From: Candidatus Omnitrophota bacterium
Lineage (GTDB): Bacteria; Omnitrophota; Gorgyraeia; JAFGHF01
Length of the DNA stretch: 64,000 bases
NCBI GenBank assembly: GCA_020341815.1
Contig: CP070837.1
Coordinates: forward strand, 1,108,575-1,172,574
Direction of reading: 5' to 3'
The notes under the pieces were generated by a model. The model saw nothing but the letters and a program-made list of their open reading frames with translations. It was not told the origin of the DNA and searched no databases. Below, one piece after another: positions 24,406-32,657 of the stretch (its first letter is position 1; every line of letters starts with the position of its first letter). Both the position numbers and the translations under genes were made by a program.

Positions 24406-24642
24406 ATGTTATCTTTACAGATAGTCTCTCCCGCAAAAGTTATTTTTGAAGGCGACTGCAGTTTTGTGGTCTTACCCGGGGCCGAAGGCCAATTAGGTAT
24501 TTTACCTCGCCACGCGCCGCTTTTATCTATTTTGAGAAAGGGGACAATTACGGCAAGGCAAAAAGGCAGCAAAAAGACTTTCGAAATCGCAGGTGGATTT
24601 GTCGAAGTCTTAAAAAACAGGGTAATAGTGTTAGCAAGTTAA
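24406..24642 (+). CDS. atpC: F0F1 ATP synthase subunit epsilon (short form, beta-sandwich only)
   Basis: 78 aa. LSLQIVSP...GILPRHAPL. It lacks the C-terminal helical hairpin. Confidence 0.8.
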   Translation: MLSLQIVSPAKVIFEGDCSFVVLPGAEGQLGILPRHAPLLSILRKGTITARQKGSKKTFEIAGGFVEVLKNRVIVLAS

Positions 24643-24646
24643 GATT

Positions 24647-25171
24647 ATGGCAGAGGCAATAAAGCCTTCGCCGGTAAAGCTGATTATCGGAGCAATCTTT
24701 GCCAGCGAAGGCATTTTAATTAAGGCAAGACAAAGACTGGAAAGGAAGTTCGGCCCCGTCGATTTCCAGAGCCCGGCCATTCCCTTTGATTTTACCGACT
24801 ATTACAGGCAAGAGATGGGTCCGAATCTCACCCGTCGATTTTTCAGCTTTCAAAGGCTGATTAAACCTGATGAATTGGCGGCAATTAAGCTATATACCAA
24901 TCGCCTGGAGGCGCAATTCAGCCGCCGCCAGGAAAAATCTTCCCGAAGCATCAATCTGGATCCCGGCTATATTTCCCAGGCAAAGCTGGTATTGGCCAGT
25001 TGCAAGAATTATTACCATCGAATTTATCTGGGAAAAGGCGTTTTTGCCGAGATAGCTTTATATTTTCAGGAAGGCAGCTTCAAATTCCATCCCTGGACAT
25101 ATCCCGATTATAAAAGCGCGAGTTATATAAAAAGTTTTACGGCTATCAGAGAGATATATCGCAGACAGTAG
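24647..25171 (+). CDS. Hypothetical protein (DUF4416-like)
   Basis: 174-aa conserved-hypothetical look. The family assignment is from memory only. Confidence 0.3.
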   Translation: MAEAIKPSPVKLIIGAIFASEGILIKARQRLERKFGPVDFQSPAIPFDFTDYYRQEMGPNLTRRFFSFQRLIKPDELAAIKLYTNRLEAQFSRRQEKSSRSINLDPGYISQAKLVLASCKNYYHRIYLGKGVFAEIALYFQEGSFKFHPWTYPDYKSASYIKSFTAIREIYRRQ

Positions 25172-25205
25172 GGGGTCTATTGCAATAGACCCCCTACTTA
25201 AGTAT
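25171..25205 (+). terminator. Rho-independent terminator (gggggtctattg/caatagaccccc + T-rich tail)
   Basis: Perfect 12-bp inverted repeat at the end of the atp operon. Confidence 0.75.
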
Positions 25206-25211
25206 TTTTCT

Positions 25212-25240
25212 TTGACAGTTTGGGCTTTTTATGTTATTTT
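25212..25240 (+). promoter_or_regulatory. Candidate promoter for tRNA cluster (TTGACA-17-TATTTT)
   Basis: Seen directly. The -10 is weak. Confidence 0.35.
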
Positions 25241-25267
25241 AGAGGTCATTATAGCGTTCTTTAAAAT

Positions 25268-25345
25268 GGGGCGGTTAGTTCAGTTGGCTAGAACGCTTGA
25301 TTTACATTCAAGAGGTCAGAGGTTCAAGTCCTCTACCGCCCACCA
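25268..25345 (+). tRNA. tRNA-Val (anticodon TAC)
   Basis: Acceptor gggcggt/accgccc, anticodon loop tt-TAC-at and T-loop ggttcaagtcc. CCA is encoded. Confidence 0.8.
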
Positions 25346-25355
25346 GAAGATATTT

Positions 25356-25433
25356 GGGGACGTCGTCTAGTTTGGATAAGGCCCCGGACTGTCGATCCGG
25401 TGATCGCGGGTTCGAGCCCCGTCGTCCCCGCCA
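25356..25433 (+). tRNA. tRNA-Asp (anticodon GTC)
   Basis: Acceptor ggggacg/cgtcccc, anticodon loop ct-GTC-ga and T-loop gggttcgagcccc. CCA is encoded. Confidence 0.8.
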
Positions 25434-25480
25434 TTATATTTTGTCGTTAAAATTTGAAAAGTCAATAAATAGATAGTTTT

Positions 25481-25556
25481 GCCGGGATAGCTCAGGTGGT
25501 AGAGCGCGGCCCTGAAAAGGCCGGCGTCCCCAGTTCAACTCTGGGTCCCGGCACCA
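25481..25556 (+). tRNA. tRNA-Phe (anticodon GAA)
   Basis: gccgggatagctcag start, anticodon loop ct-GAA-aa and 3' tcccggcacca. Confidence 0.85.
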
Positions 25557-25577
25557 TTTTTATCACCTGCCTAATGT

Positions 25578-25649
25578 GCTGGCGTAGCTCAGTGGTAGAG
25601 CAGCGGTTTCGTAAACCGCAGGTCGTCAGTTCAATCCTGACCGCCAGCT
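25578..25649 (+). tRNA. tRNA-Thr (anticodon CGT), CCA not encoded
   Basis: gctggcgtagctcagtggtagagc start, anticodon loop tt-CGT-aa, T-loop gttcaatcc and acceptor cgccagc. Confidence 0.8.
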
Positions 25650-25720
25650 TTGTTTTTCCCTCGGAAGTTCCTAGAAATCCCCTCAGGGAATCCATTAAAT
25701 ACAAAAAATCAAAAAAATAC

Positions 25721-25749
25721 TTGACAAAGTATGAATAGTTGTTTATACT
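25721..25749 (+). promoter_or_regulatory. sigma70-like promoter TTGACA-17bp-TATACT
   Basis: TTGACA at 25721-25726 and TATACT at 25744-25749, upstream of the MerR-like gene. Confidence 0.5.
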
Positions 25750-25800
25750 TATGCTTGAGTGGTGTTATACGCATAAGTGGAAGTTTACACTTATGCTTAA
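25747..25800 (+). promoter_or_regulatory. Operator-like repeats (acttatgcttga ... gcataagt ... cacttatgcttaa) overlapping -10/+1
   Basis: A direct repeat of 12 nt plus the inverted pair cttatgc/gcataag. Confidence 0.35.
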
Positions 25801-25835
25801 ATGTAGATATTAGCTTGCGCTAAAAGGGTGTTGGG

Positions 25836-26066
25836 ATGAGCACAGGAGAAGTCCTGAACAAAATTCAGAACCTGACCAAGGACCTCCTCTATTATTGGGA
25901 GGCCAGGGGATACATCCACCCCCGCAAGTATCAGCGCGGCCGCGTCGATAAGCGCGACTATTCCGACAAGGACTTTCAGGTCATTGCGACAATGTTTAAA
26001 TATTACGAGAAAGGCTTTCCTCCCAAGCGTTGTTACCAGAAAACAATAGAAGAGCTGCACAGGTAG
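25836..26066 (+). CDS. MerR-family HTH mini-protein (HTH only; excisionase/AlpA-like size)
   Basis: 76 aa. ...LTKDLLYYWEARGYIHP...R..Y...D matches the MerR N-terminal HTH pattern, with no effector domain. Confidence 0.5.
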   Translation: MSTGEVLNKIQNLTKDLLYYWEARGYIHPRKYQRGRVDKRDYSDKDFQVIATMFKYYEKGFPPKRCYQKTIEELHR

Positions 26067-26071
26067 AAGGG

Positions 26072-26389
26072 ATGCGAGAGCAAATAGCATGTCTAATATG
26101 CAAAGAGAAATTTTCACCGAACAAATACAGGAAAAATCAAAAGGTCTGTTCGCGTCCGGAATGCCAGCGCGAAAGACAGATAAGAAATCAGGCGGCCTGG
26201 CGGCAGAGAAACCCGGGGTATTTTAAGGTAAGCGGGCATGATTCTTCCTGGGCTAAACTCTATCGACAACGTTCACGGATGTGGAGAAAGAAGCACCCCG
26301 ATAAAGTGAAAAAATATAAAAAGGCGCACAAGGAAGAACAAAAAGAATACATGCGTGAATATATGCATAGATTACGTGGAGGGATATAA
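26072..26389 (+). CDS. Basic zinc-ribbon protein (CxxC-x15-CxxxxC), hypothetical
   Basis: Very basic (R/K-rich) and contains CLICKEKFSPNKYRKNQKVCSRPEC. The start is placed at ATG 26072 after the upstream stop. Confidence 0.35.
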   Translation: MREQIACLICKEKFSPNKYRKNQKVCSRPECQRERQIRNQAAWRQRNPGYFKVSGHDSSWAKLYRQRSRMWRKKHPDKVKKYKKAHKEEQKEYMREYMHRLRGGI

Positions 26390-27380
26390 TTTGGGCAAAT
26401 CTTTTATTTCTTTATTGTTGTTTTTAAGTTTTACAATGCTTTGTGGTTGCGGCGAAGGAAAGACTCCCGATTGGTTTAAATTTACCAAACCAAAGTTCAA
26501 GAAAAAAGTCAAAATAGAGCCTACAATAAGGAGAGAGCCCGAAATTGAATATGAAGTTGAAGGCACGCCTCTTGTTTCCGTTAACGGAAGAATAATTACC
26601 CTGGAGGATTTCAACGGCCGCATCCAGGCATATAATAAGGAAATCGAAGCCTCCAAAGATATTCCCGAATCGATGAAAAAGGATTACTTGATTAAAGCTT
26701 TGGAGGACAAGAAAAAACTGCTTGATGAAATGGTGGAGAGAGAGCTGCTTATCGTCGAGGCAATTGAGCGGGGTCTGGATAGGGATCAGGATATTGTCCA
26801 GGCAGTCAGGGCCTTAAAAGGACAGCTATTGTTTGTCAAATTAATTGAGGCGGAAAAGGATAAAGTGAATATTACCGATGCGGAAGTAGAAAGCTATTAT
26901 AATCTCTATAAAGATGCTTTCAAAATTCCCGAAGAAAGAAAAGTAAGCATGATCACAGTATCTACAGAACAAAAAGCCAAGGAGCTTTTGATTGCCCTTC
27001 TGCAGGGCGGAGATTTTGCTGCCCTGGCCAGGGCCAATTCTACCGACAAAAGCGCAGCGCAGGGGGGAGATGTTGGCTTCATTGTGAGGCAGCTGCCTTT
27101 TCCTCAGCCTGAAAAAAAGACGATGTTTGAAAAATTTGAAGAAGTGGCCTTTTCTCTGGAATTAAACAAACCCAGCGCAATATTTCAGGGGCCGAGCGGT
27201 TATTATATAATTAAAGTAAGAGAAATAAAGCCCGCCCGCCAGATGGTGCTTTCGGAAGTTTATAATGATATCGAGCAGGGGCTTTTGATTAAGAAACAAG
27301 AAGACGGTTTAAGGACTTTAATCGGCAATTTGCGCAAGAGCGGTAATATCGTTGTGCATGAGGAGCTATTAAGAAAATAA
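26355..27380 (+). CDS. Peptidyl-prolyl cis-trans isomerase, SurA/PrsA-like (parvulin domain), probable lipoprotein
   Basis: Signal/lipobox-like ...FTMLCGC and a PpiC-type rotamase region ...GDFAALARANSTD...GGDVGF...GYYIIKV. Confidence 0.6.
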   Translation: MNICIDYVEGYNLGKSFISLLLFLSFTMLCGCGEGKTPDWFKFTKPKFKKKVKIEPTIRREPEIEYEVEGTPLVSVNGRIITLEDFNGRIQAYNKEIEASKDIPESMKKDYLIKALEDKKKLLDEMVERELLIVEAIERGLDRDQDIVQAVRALKGQLLFVKLIEAEKDKVNITDAEVESYYNLYKDAFKIPEERKVSMITVSTEQKAKELLIALLQGGDFAALARANSTDKSAAQGGDVGFIVRQLPFPQPEKKTMFEKFEEVAFSLELNKPSAIFQGPSGYYIIKVREIKPARQMVLSEVYNDIEQGLLIKKQEDGLRTLIGNLRKSGNIVVHEELLRK

Positions 27381-27381
27381 T

Positions 27382-28221
27382 ATGGGCTTGGGCAGGAAGT
27401 GGACGATTATAATAGCGGTAATTCTGGGACTTTCGGCCGTAATTCTGACTAATATCTATTTAGAGCAGAGCAGGAGAGAAATAGTGGTCGAGGAGGCCCG
27501 GATTTTAATTGCAGCCAGAGATATAACCAAAGGTTCGGTGATTGATTATGATATGCTGGCTTTTAAGACTATGCCGCTTACATTTATCCAGCCGGGGGCC
27601 TTCGCCTCTAAAGAAGGTGCCGTAGGCAAGACTGCAGCGATTACGATTATAGCAGGAGAACAGATTTTAAGTAGCAAATTGGCCGCTCCGGAGACAGGAC
27701 TGACTCTGGCCGGCAAGACCCCTCCCGGCAAAAGGGCGATAACTATCGGGTTGGATGCGGCTTCGGCGGTAGGGGGGATGGTTGGGCCCGGAGACCATGT
27801 CGATGTCCTGGCTATCTTTACCGCTCCTTCGATAACCGTAACTTTATTTCAGGATATCCTGGTTCTGGCGGTGGGACAGAGAATAGTGGCTGAGGCCGAG
27901 GAAAGAAGGCCCCGCAGAGAAGAGGTTTTGGGAACAGGCAGGGAGACCGTTACTTTGGCTCTCACTCCCCAGGAAGTGCAGATTCTTATTCTGGCAACGG
28001 AACAGGGAAAGATTCGCCTGACTCTCAGGCCGCGCATGGAAACGGGTGAAGTCTTGCCACAAGTGGATTTGACTAATTTACCGCCGGTGATTGAGCTGAA
28101 TACATTATTGCAGTTATATATCAGGAGGCCTCCTGCCGAAATGGTGGAGCCTAAGGCGCAAGTTGAAATCATTCGTGGCCTAAAAAAGGAAGTTACGCCC
28201 GTTCCGGAAAACAATAAATGA
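27382..28221 (+). CDS. cpaB: Flp pilus assembly protein CpaB/RcpC
   Basis: N-terminal TM, then a SAF-like domain (ITKGSVIDYDML...). Sits in a tad cluster. Confidence 0.75.
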   Translation: MGLGRKWTIIIAVILGLSAVILTNIYLEQSRREIVVEEARILIAARDITKGSVIDYDMLAFKTMPLTFIQPGAFASKEGAVGKTAAITIIAGEQILSSKLAAPETGLTLAGKTPPGKRAITIGLDAASAVGGMVGPGDHVDVLAIFTAPSITVTLFQDILVLAVGQRIVAEAEERRPRREEVLGTGRETVTLALTPQEVQILILATEQGKIRLTLRPRMETGEVLPQVDLTNLPPVIELNTLLQLYIRRPPAEMVEPKAQVEIIRGLKKEVTPVPENNK

Positions 28222-29786
28222 AACTTAAAACTTTAATTCTGACAATTTGTCTTGCCCTGTTGACCCAGAGATTAGCTTTCACCTGGACAGAAGAGGTGCA
28301 GCTTGTTACCAACGAATTAAAGATAATTCCGGTTCAGGAGCTAAAGAGGGTAGCCATAGGAGACCCTGCCGTAGCCGATATGACCATATTGAGCGCTCGG
28401 GAAGTAATGCTGATGGCCAAGAGTTCAGGTACCACCAGTCTGATTATCTGGGATGCATCAGGCCAGCGTTCCTTTAACATTACTGTCCTGGGTAAGGATC
28501 TGGAAAAAATTGCCCAGAAAATCAGGGAATTACTTGTTTCCTCGGATATTCAGGGGGTGACGGTTAAGGCGCAAGAGGACGGCGTTTATGTGACGGGAGA
28601 GGTGTTAACCCAGTACGAACTGGATAAAGTTAAGAGCGTTTTAGCTCCTTTTGCTACTAATACGACAAATTTAGTCAGACTCAAAGAGCGCCAGCCTCTG
28701 GTGGAAATAGATGTAAATGTCTTAGAGGTTGCCTGCGATGACGTAAAGAGGCTGGGTTTTGACTGGTCAAATCTTTTACCAATCACATACACCGAGCCCT
28801 CAGGGACGCGCACTGCCGGCAGCTCTTATGACCCCAAAAGCCATATTACCGGCAAGGCTCCCAAGCTCTGGAGGACATTCAAGTGGGACCGCAGCACCAT
28901 TGACGCCAGACTGAATTTTTTAATAGAGGAGGGCAAGGCGCGCACTTTGTCTAATCCCAAATTAGTAACCTTAAGCGGTAAGGAGGCATCCTTTTTGGTG
29001 GGCGGAGAAACGCCTTATGTTACGGTGGAGACCGAAGGCAGGACAAAAGTGGAATGGAAAGAGTACGGGATAAATTTAAAGATACTTCCGGAAGTCAATA
29101 CTAAAAATGAGATAAGAATCGTGATGAATGCCGAAGTTTCTGACTTGGGCTCAAGTGTTTTAGAACAGGGATATTCTATCCCTTCCGTCACGACGAGAAA
29201 AGCCCAGACCGAGCTTTTTCTCAACGAAGAAGATACGATTTTTCTCGCCGGCCTGATTAGGAATAGAGATAGCGAAAATATAGATAGGCTTCCCTGGCTA
29301 AGCAAGGTTCCTATTTTAGGCGAGATGTTCAAATATAATAACCTTACTGATACGCGCACAGAGCTGGTAATCTCTTTGACACCGAGAATTATCGGCGAGA
29401 AAGCCGATTTCGAATACATCGCCAGCGAGATGCTCAAGCAGGAAGCAATTTTGGCGGCGCGCTCAGCCTATACCGAGGAAGTTTCTCCGCTCGATTCTTA
29501 CAATCAAATGATAGAGGATATTATTACCAATGCGGTTGTTTATCCCGAGGCGGCTCGCGAGGTGGGGCTTGAAGGTATGGTCAAGATTGAATTGCGCCTT
29601 TTGTCCGACGGCCGGCTGAAAGAGGCTAAAATCAGGGAATCCTCCGGATTCAGCACCTTAGACAGGGCTGCGCTTGCCGCAGTGCAGGCTGTTGATGCCT
29701 ATCCTTCATTTCCATCGCAGATTGCAGAAGAGGAGCTTCTGCTTTCCGTGCCGGTAGTATTCGAAAGTTATACGAAAGGTGAATAA
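28218..29786 (+). CDS. cpaC: Flp pilus secretin CpaC/RcpA with C-terminal TonB_C-like domain
   Basis: Signal peptide, N-terminal BON-like domains and a secretin core (...LVGGETPYV...VPILGEMF...). The last ~90 aa, YPEAAREVGLEGMVKIELRLLSDGRLKEAKIRESSGFSTLDRAALAAVQ, match the TonB C-terminal domain pattern. Confidence 0.7.
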   Translation: MKLKTLILTICLALLTQRLAFTWTEEVQLVTNELKIIPVQELKRVAIGDPAVADMTILSAREVMLMAKSSGTTSLIIWDASGQRSFNITVLGKDLEKIAQKIRELLVSSDIQGVTVKAQEDGVYVTGEVLTQYELDKVKSVLAPFATNTTNLVRLKERQPLVEIDVNVLEVACDDVKRLGFDWSNLLPITYTEPSGTRTAGSSYDPKSHITGKAPKLWRTFKWDRSTIDARLNFLIEEGKARTLSNPKLVTLSGKEASFLVGGETPYVTVETEGRTKVEWKEYGINLKILPEVNTKNEIRIVMNAEVSDLGSSVLEQGYSIPSVTTRKAQTELFLNEEDTIFLAGLIRNRDSENIDRLPWLSKVPILGEMFKYNNLTDTRTELVISLTPRIIGEKADFEYIASEMLKQEAILAARSAYTEEVSPLDSYNQMIEDIITNAVVYPEAAREVGLEGMVKIELRLLSDGRLKEAKIRESSGFSTLDRAALAAVQAVDAYPSFPSQIAEEELLLSVPVVFESYTKGE

Positions 29787-29789
29787 AAT

Positions 29790-31928
29790 ATGTGTCGGAC
29801 AATTTCTATATTTGGTACCAAGGGCGGGGTAGGCAAGACCGTTATTGCCGCTAACCTTGCTGTGAGCCTGACCCAGATGGGGAAAAAAGTAGCCCTGCTC
29901 GATCTGGACTTACAGTTTAGCGGTGACATAGCCAAGATATTGGATGTCAAGCCGAAAGAGACCATTTTTTCTCTTATCCCTCACCTGCCGAAATTAGATA
30001 AGGCCGGCTCCCTCAAGAGACATATGACCAGCCATGCTTCCGGTTTGGATATCCTCTCGGCTGTAAGTAGCCCTAAGGAAATTCCTCAGATTATTCCTTC
30101 CCGCCTGGAGCCAATTTTGAATTTGCTTAAGGCGGAATATGAATTTATCATTATTGACGCCGGCAGTTTCTTTACCGATAGCTTAATTTATTTATTTGAT
30201 AACTCTAATCTTATCCTTGAAGTAAGCACTCCGGATGTGCTTTCTGTGTATCAGACCGAATGGAGTGTGGATACGCTGGAGAACCTGCATTTTCCTTTAA
30301 GTATGGTTAAGTTAATCCTTAATCGCGCCGAAAGCCGGGGAGGGGTACGCTGGGAAGACGTAAAATCTGCCCTGAGGTGTGAGGTAATTGCTCATATTCC
30401 CAGTGATGGGCGCACGGTAGGCCTGGCAGTTAACCGGGGCGTGCCTTTTGTGACAGATACCCCGCGCGCAAAAATCAGCGAGGCCGTAAGAAAGCTGGCC
30501 CAGACCTTAATCAGTCAGGACAGGCTTTATATTGAGAAATTAAAACGTCCGCGTATAGCTGAAGAGCCCGCTCGCGTGGGCCAATTCTGGGAACATTACG
30601 GCCTGGCAGCTCCCTTAACTGTTCTTGGCGCAGAGGAAAAGGACGAAATTATTCTGCTTAAGCAGGCGGTGCATAGCCGATTGATCGATGAACTGGATTT
30701 GAAAACGCTGGATGTAGTAGCCTTAAGCCGCAATCCAGAGAAGGCAAAGCAACTCAGAGAAAGGACAGAGAAGGCTATTGCCAATATTTTGGTGGAAAAA
30801 GGCTCCGGTCTAATCTCTTCTTATGAAGTGCGTAAGGAATTAGTGAAAGAGATTGCCGATGAGGTCCTGGGTCTTGGGCCTCTGGAAGATTTATTAAGGG
30901 ATCCGGAAATAACGGAAGTAATGGTAAATAATAAAGACCAGGTTTATGTAGAGCGCCACGGGAAAATAGAGCTTACCAATAAAAAATTCATCAATAATGA
31001 ACAGGTGCGGGCAGTGATTGAGCGTATTGTTGCGCCTCTGGGCCGAAGAGTTGATGAAAGCGTGCCTATGGTGGATGCGCGTCTTCCCGATGGCTCGCGC
31101 GTAAATGCGATTATCCCTCCCCTGTCTATTAAAGGCCCGACATTGACTATCCGCAAGTTTGCCCGCGAGCGCTATACGATGGAAGACCTGGTTAAGTTCG
31201 GCACCTTAAGTCCGGCGATGGTGGAATTTCTCAAGACCTGTATCCTGGTGCGCCGAAATATGATTGTCTCCGGAGGCACGGGTAGCGGCAAGACCACACT
31301 GCTTAATGCCCTCTCTCGTTTTATTCCCGAACAGGAAAGGATTATCACTATTGAAGATGCCGCAGAACTTAAACTGCATCAGAGACATTGGATATCTCTG
31401 GAGGCGCGCATGCCCAATATTGAAGGAAAGGGCGCTATTCCCATCAGAGAACTTTTTCGTAATTCCTTGCGTATGCGTCCCGACCGTATTATTATCGGTG
31501 AATGCCGCGGCAATGAAACTCCGGATATGCTGCAAGCAATGAATACAGGACATGACGGTTCCTTAACTACTATTCATGCCAATTCTACTCATCATGTTCT
31601 GACACGTCTGGATGCAATGGTTTTAATGAGCGGAATAGAGCTTCCTGTGCGCACTATTCGTGAACAGATAGCCGGAGCAATTAATCTTATCATTCACACT
31701 GCCCGTTTAAGTGACGGTTCAAGGAAAGTAATGTGTATTACCCAAGTCTTAGGCCTTAAAGAGCCGATGGGAATTGAAATGAAAGATATTTTCATCTTTA
31801 AGCAAACCGGCACCGGAAAAGACGGAAAAGTCTTGGGCACATTTAAGCCCACGGGTTTTGTGCCTACTTTCCTGGAAGACATACATCTCAAAGGCATTAA
31901 GCTTTCTCCTTCCATATTCAAATCCTAA
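29790..31928 (+). CDS. Fused CpaE/TadZ-like ParA/MinD ATPase :: CpaF/TadA secretion ATPase
   Basis: N-terminal deviant Walker A GTKGGVGKT (ParA/MinD type). C-terminal half carries SGGTGSGKTT with Asp box and His box, typical of CpaF/TadA. A single 712-aa ORF. Confidence 0.75.
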   Translation: MCRTISIFGTKGGVGKTVIAANLAVSLTQMGKKVALLDLDLQFSGDIAKILDVKPKETIFSLIPHLPKLDKAGSLKRHMTSHASGLDILSAVSSPKEIPQIIPSRLEPILNLLKAEYEFIIIDAGSFFTDSLIYLFDNSNLILEVSTPDVLSVYQTEWSVDTLENLHFPLSMVKLILNRAESRGGVRWEDVKSALRCEVIAHIPSDGRTVGLAVNRGVPFVTDTPRAKISEAVRKLAQTLISQDRLYIEKLKRPRIAEEPARVGQFWEHYGLAAPLTVLGAEEKDEIILLKQAVHSRLIDELDLKTLDVVALSRNPEKAKQLRERTEKAIANILVEKGSGLISSYEVRKELVKEIADEVLGLGPLEDLLRDPEITEVMVNNKDQVYVERHGKIELTNKKFINNEQVRAVIERIVAPLGRRVDESVPMVDARLPDGSRVNAIIPPLSIKGPTLTIRKFARERYTMEDLVKFGTLSPAMVEFLKTCILVRRNMIVSGGTGSGKTTLLNALSRFIPEQERIITIEDAAELKLHQRHWISLEARMPNIEGKGAIPIRELFRNSLRMRPDRIIIGECRGNETPDMLQAMNTGHDGSLTTIHANSTHHVLTRLDAMVLMSGIELPVRTIREQIAGAINLIIHTARLSDGSRKVMCITQVLGLKEPMGIEMKDIFIFKQTGTGKDGKVLGTFKPTGFVPTFLEDIHLKGIKLSPSIFKS

Positions 31929-31948
31929 TTTAAATCCTAAACAACCAT

Positions 31949-31995
31949 CACTTACACCTACGAGGTGTAAGTGGGGATTAGGTTTGATCTTTTTG
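31949..31995 (+). terminator. Terminator-like hairpin (cacttacacct-acg-aggtgtaagtg) with downstream T-rich stretch
   Basis: Perfect 11-bp inverted repeat. The T-tract is not immediately adjacent. Confidence 0.45.
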
Positions 31996-32018
31996 TATTG
32001 ACAAAGGGCAAGGGGATA

Positions 32019-32387
32019 ATGTATATTAGGGCTATTATGGAAACGGTAGAAGTCCTTAATGCTACCAAAAGTATAGTCGTAGCCACGCAGGCTGAACTTG
32101 CTGTTTCGTTAGGACAAAGGATGAAGGGCCTGATTGGACGCAGCAGCCTCCCCTTTAACGAAGCCCTTATCCTTAAGCCTTGCTCTTCCATCCATACCTT
32201 CTTTATGCGCTTTGCCATAGATGTGCTGTTCCTGAATAAAGAGATGCGGATAATCAGGATGCTCCAGAATATGCCACCCAACCGTCTTGGCCCCATAGTC
32301 TGGACAAGTATAATGGCAATAGAGCTGTCTGCCGGAAAGATAGGCCAGACCAATACCCAGCCAGGTGATTTAATTGAGCTTAGATAA
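32019..32387 (+). CDS. DUF192 (COG1430) domain protein
   Basis: ...MKGLIGRSSLPFNEALILKPCSSIHTFFMRFAIDVLFLNKEMRII matches the DUF192 pattern. The start is chosen at ATG 32019, which has a GGGGA RBS. Confidence 0.55.
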   Translation: MYIRAIMETVEVLNATKSIVVATQAELAVSLGQRMKGLIGRSSLPFNEALILKPCSSIHTFFMRFAIDVLFLNKEMRIIRMLQNMPPNRLGPIVWTSIMAIELSAGKIGQTNTQPGDLIELR

Positions 32388-32486
32388 AAAGATTTACCTC
32401 GCCAATTGTTAGGCGGGCCTGCCCACAAGCTGTAAAGACGCTTTAATCTTACTAATTTAGACTTCTTATGTAACTTCTTGATACTA

Positions 32487-32517
32487 TTATGTTAATGTTG
32501 CAAATAAATGTTTACTT
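32487..32517 (+). repeat. 31-bp direct repeat copy 1 (ttatgttaatgttgcaaataaatgtttactt)
   Basis: Identical to copy 2 at 32597-32627. Overlaps a TTGACA(32515)-17-TAAAAT promoter. Confidence 0.8.
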
Positions 32518-32596
32518 GACATAAGGGAAAAAATAGGGTAAAATCAAAGATAGTATAATGTTTCTAAACAATAATCGACATAAGCTATTGAAATAG

Positions 32597-32627
32597 TTAT
32601 GTTAATGTTGCAAATAAATGTTTACTT
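32597..32627 (+). repeat. 31-bp direct repeat copy 2
   Basis: Identical to copy 1, 110 bp downstream of it and 30 bp upstream of the ATG at 32658. Confidence 0.8.
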
Positions 32628-32657
32628 TTGAGCAAATGGCCATAAATAGGTAGGATA

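Noticed and set aside
25492-25738. ORFs 25492..25704 (-) and 25496..25738 (+)
   Set aside because: They overlap the tRNA-Phe and tRNA-Thr genes. They are spurious translation of structured RNA.
31958-32428. 156-aa minus-strand ORF
   Set aside because: Antisense to the DUF192 gene, which has a recognisable family pattern on the + strand.
32487-32627. Possible CRISPR array (identical 31-bp repeats)
   Set aside because: Only two copies, with a 79-bp spacer, no cas genes, and the repeats overlap a promoter. An operator or duplicated-promoter interpretation is preferred.
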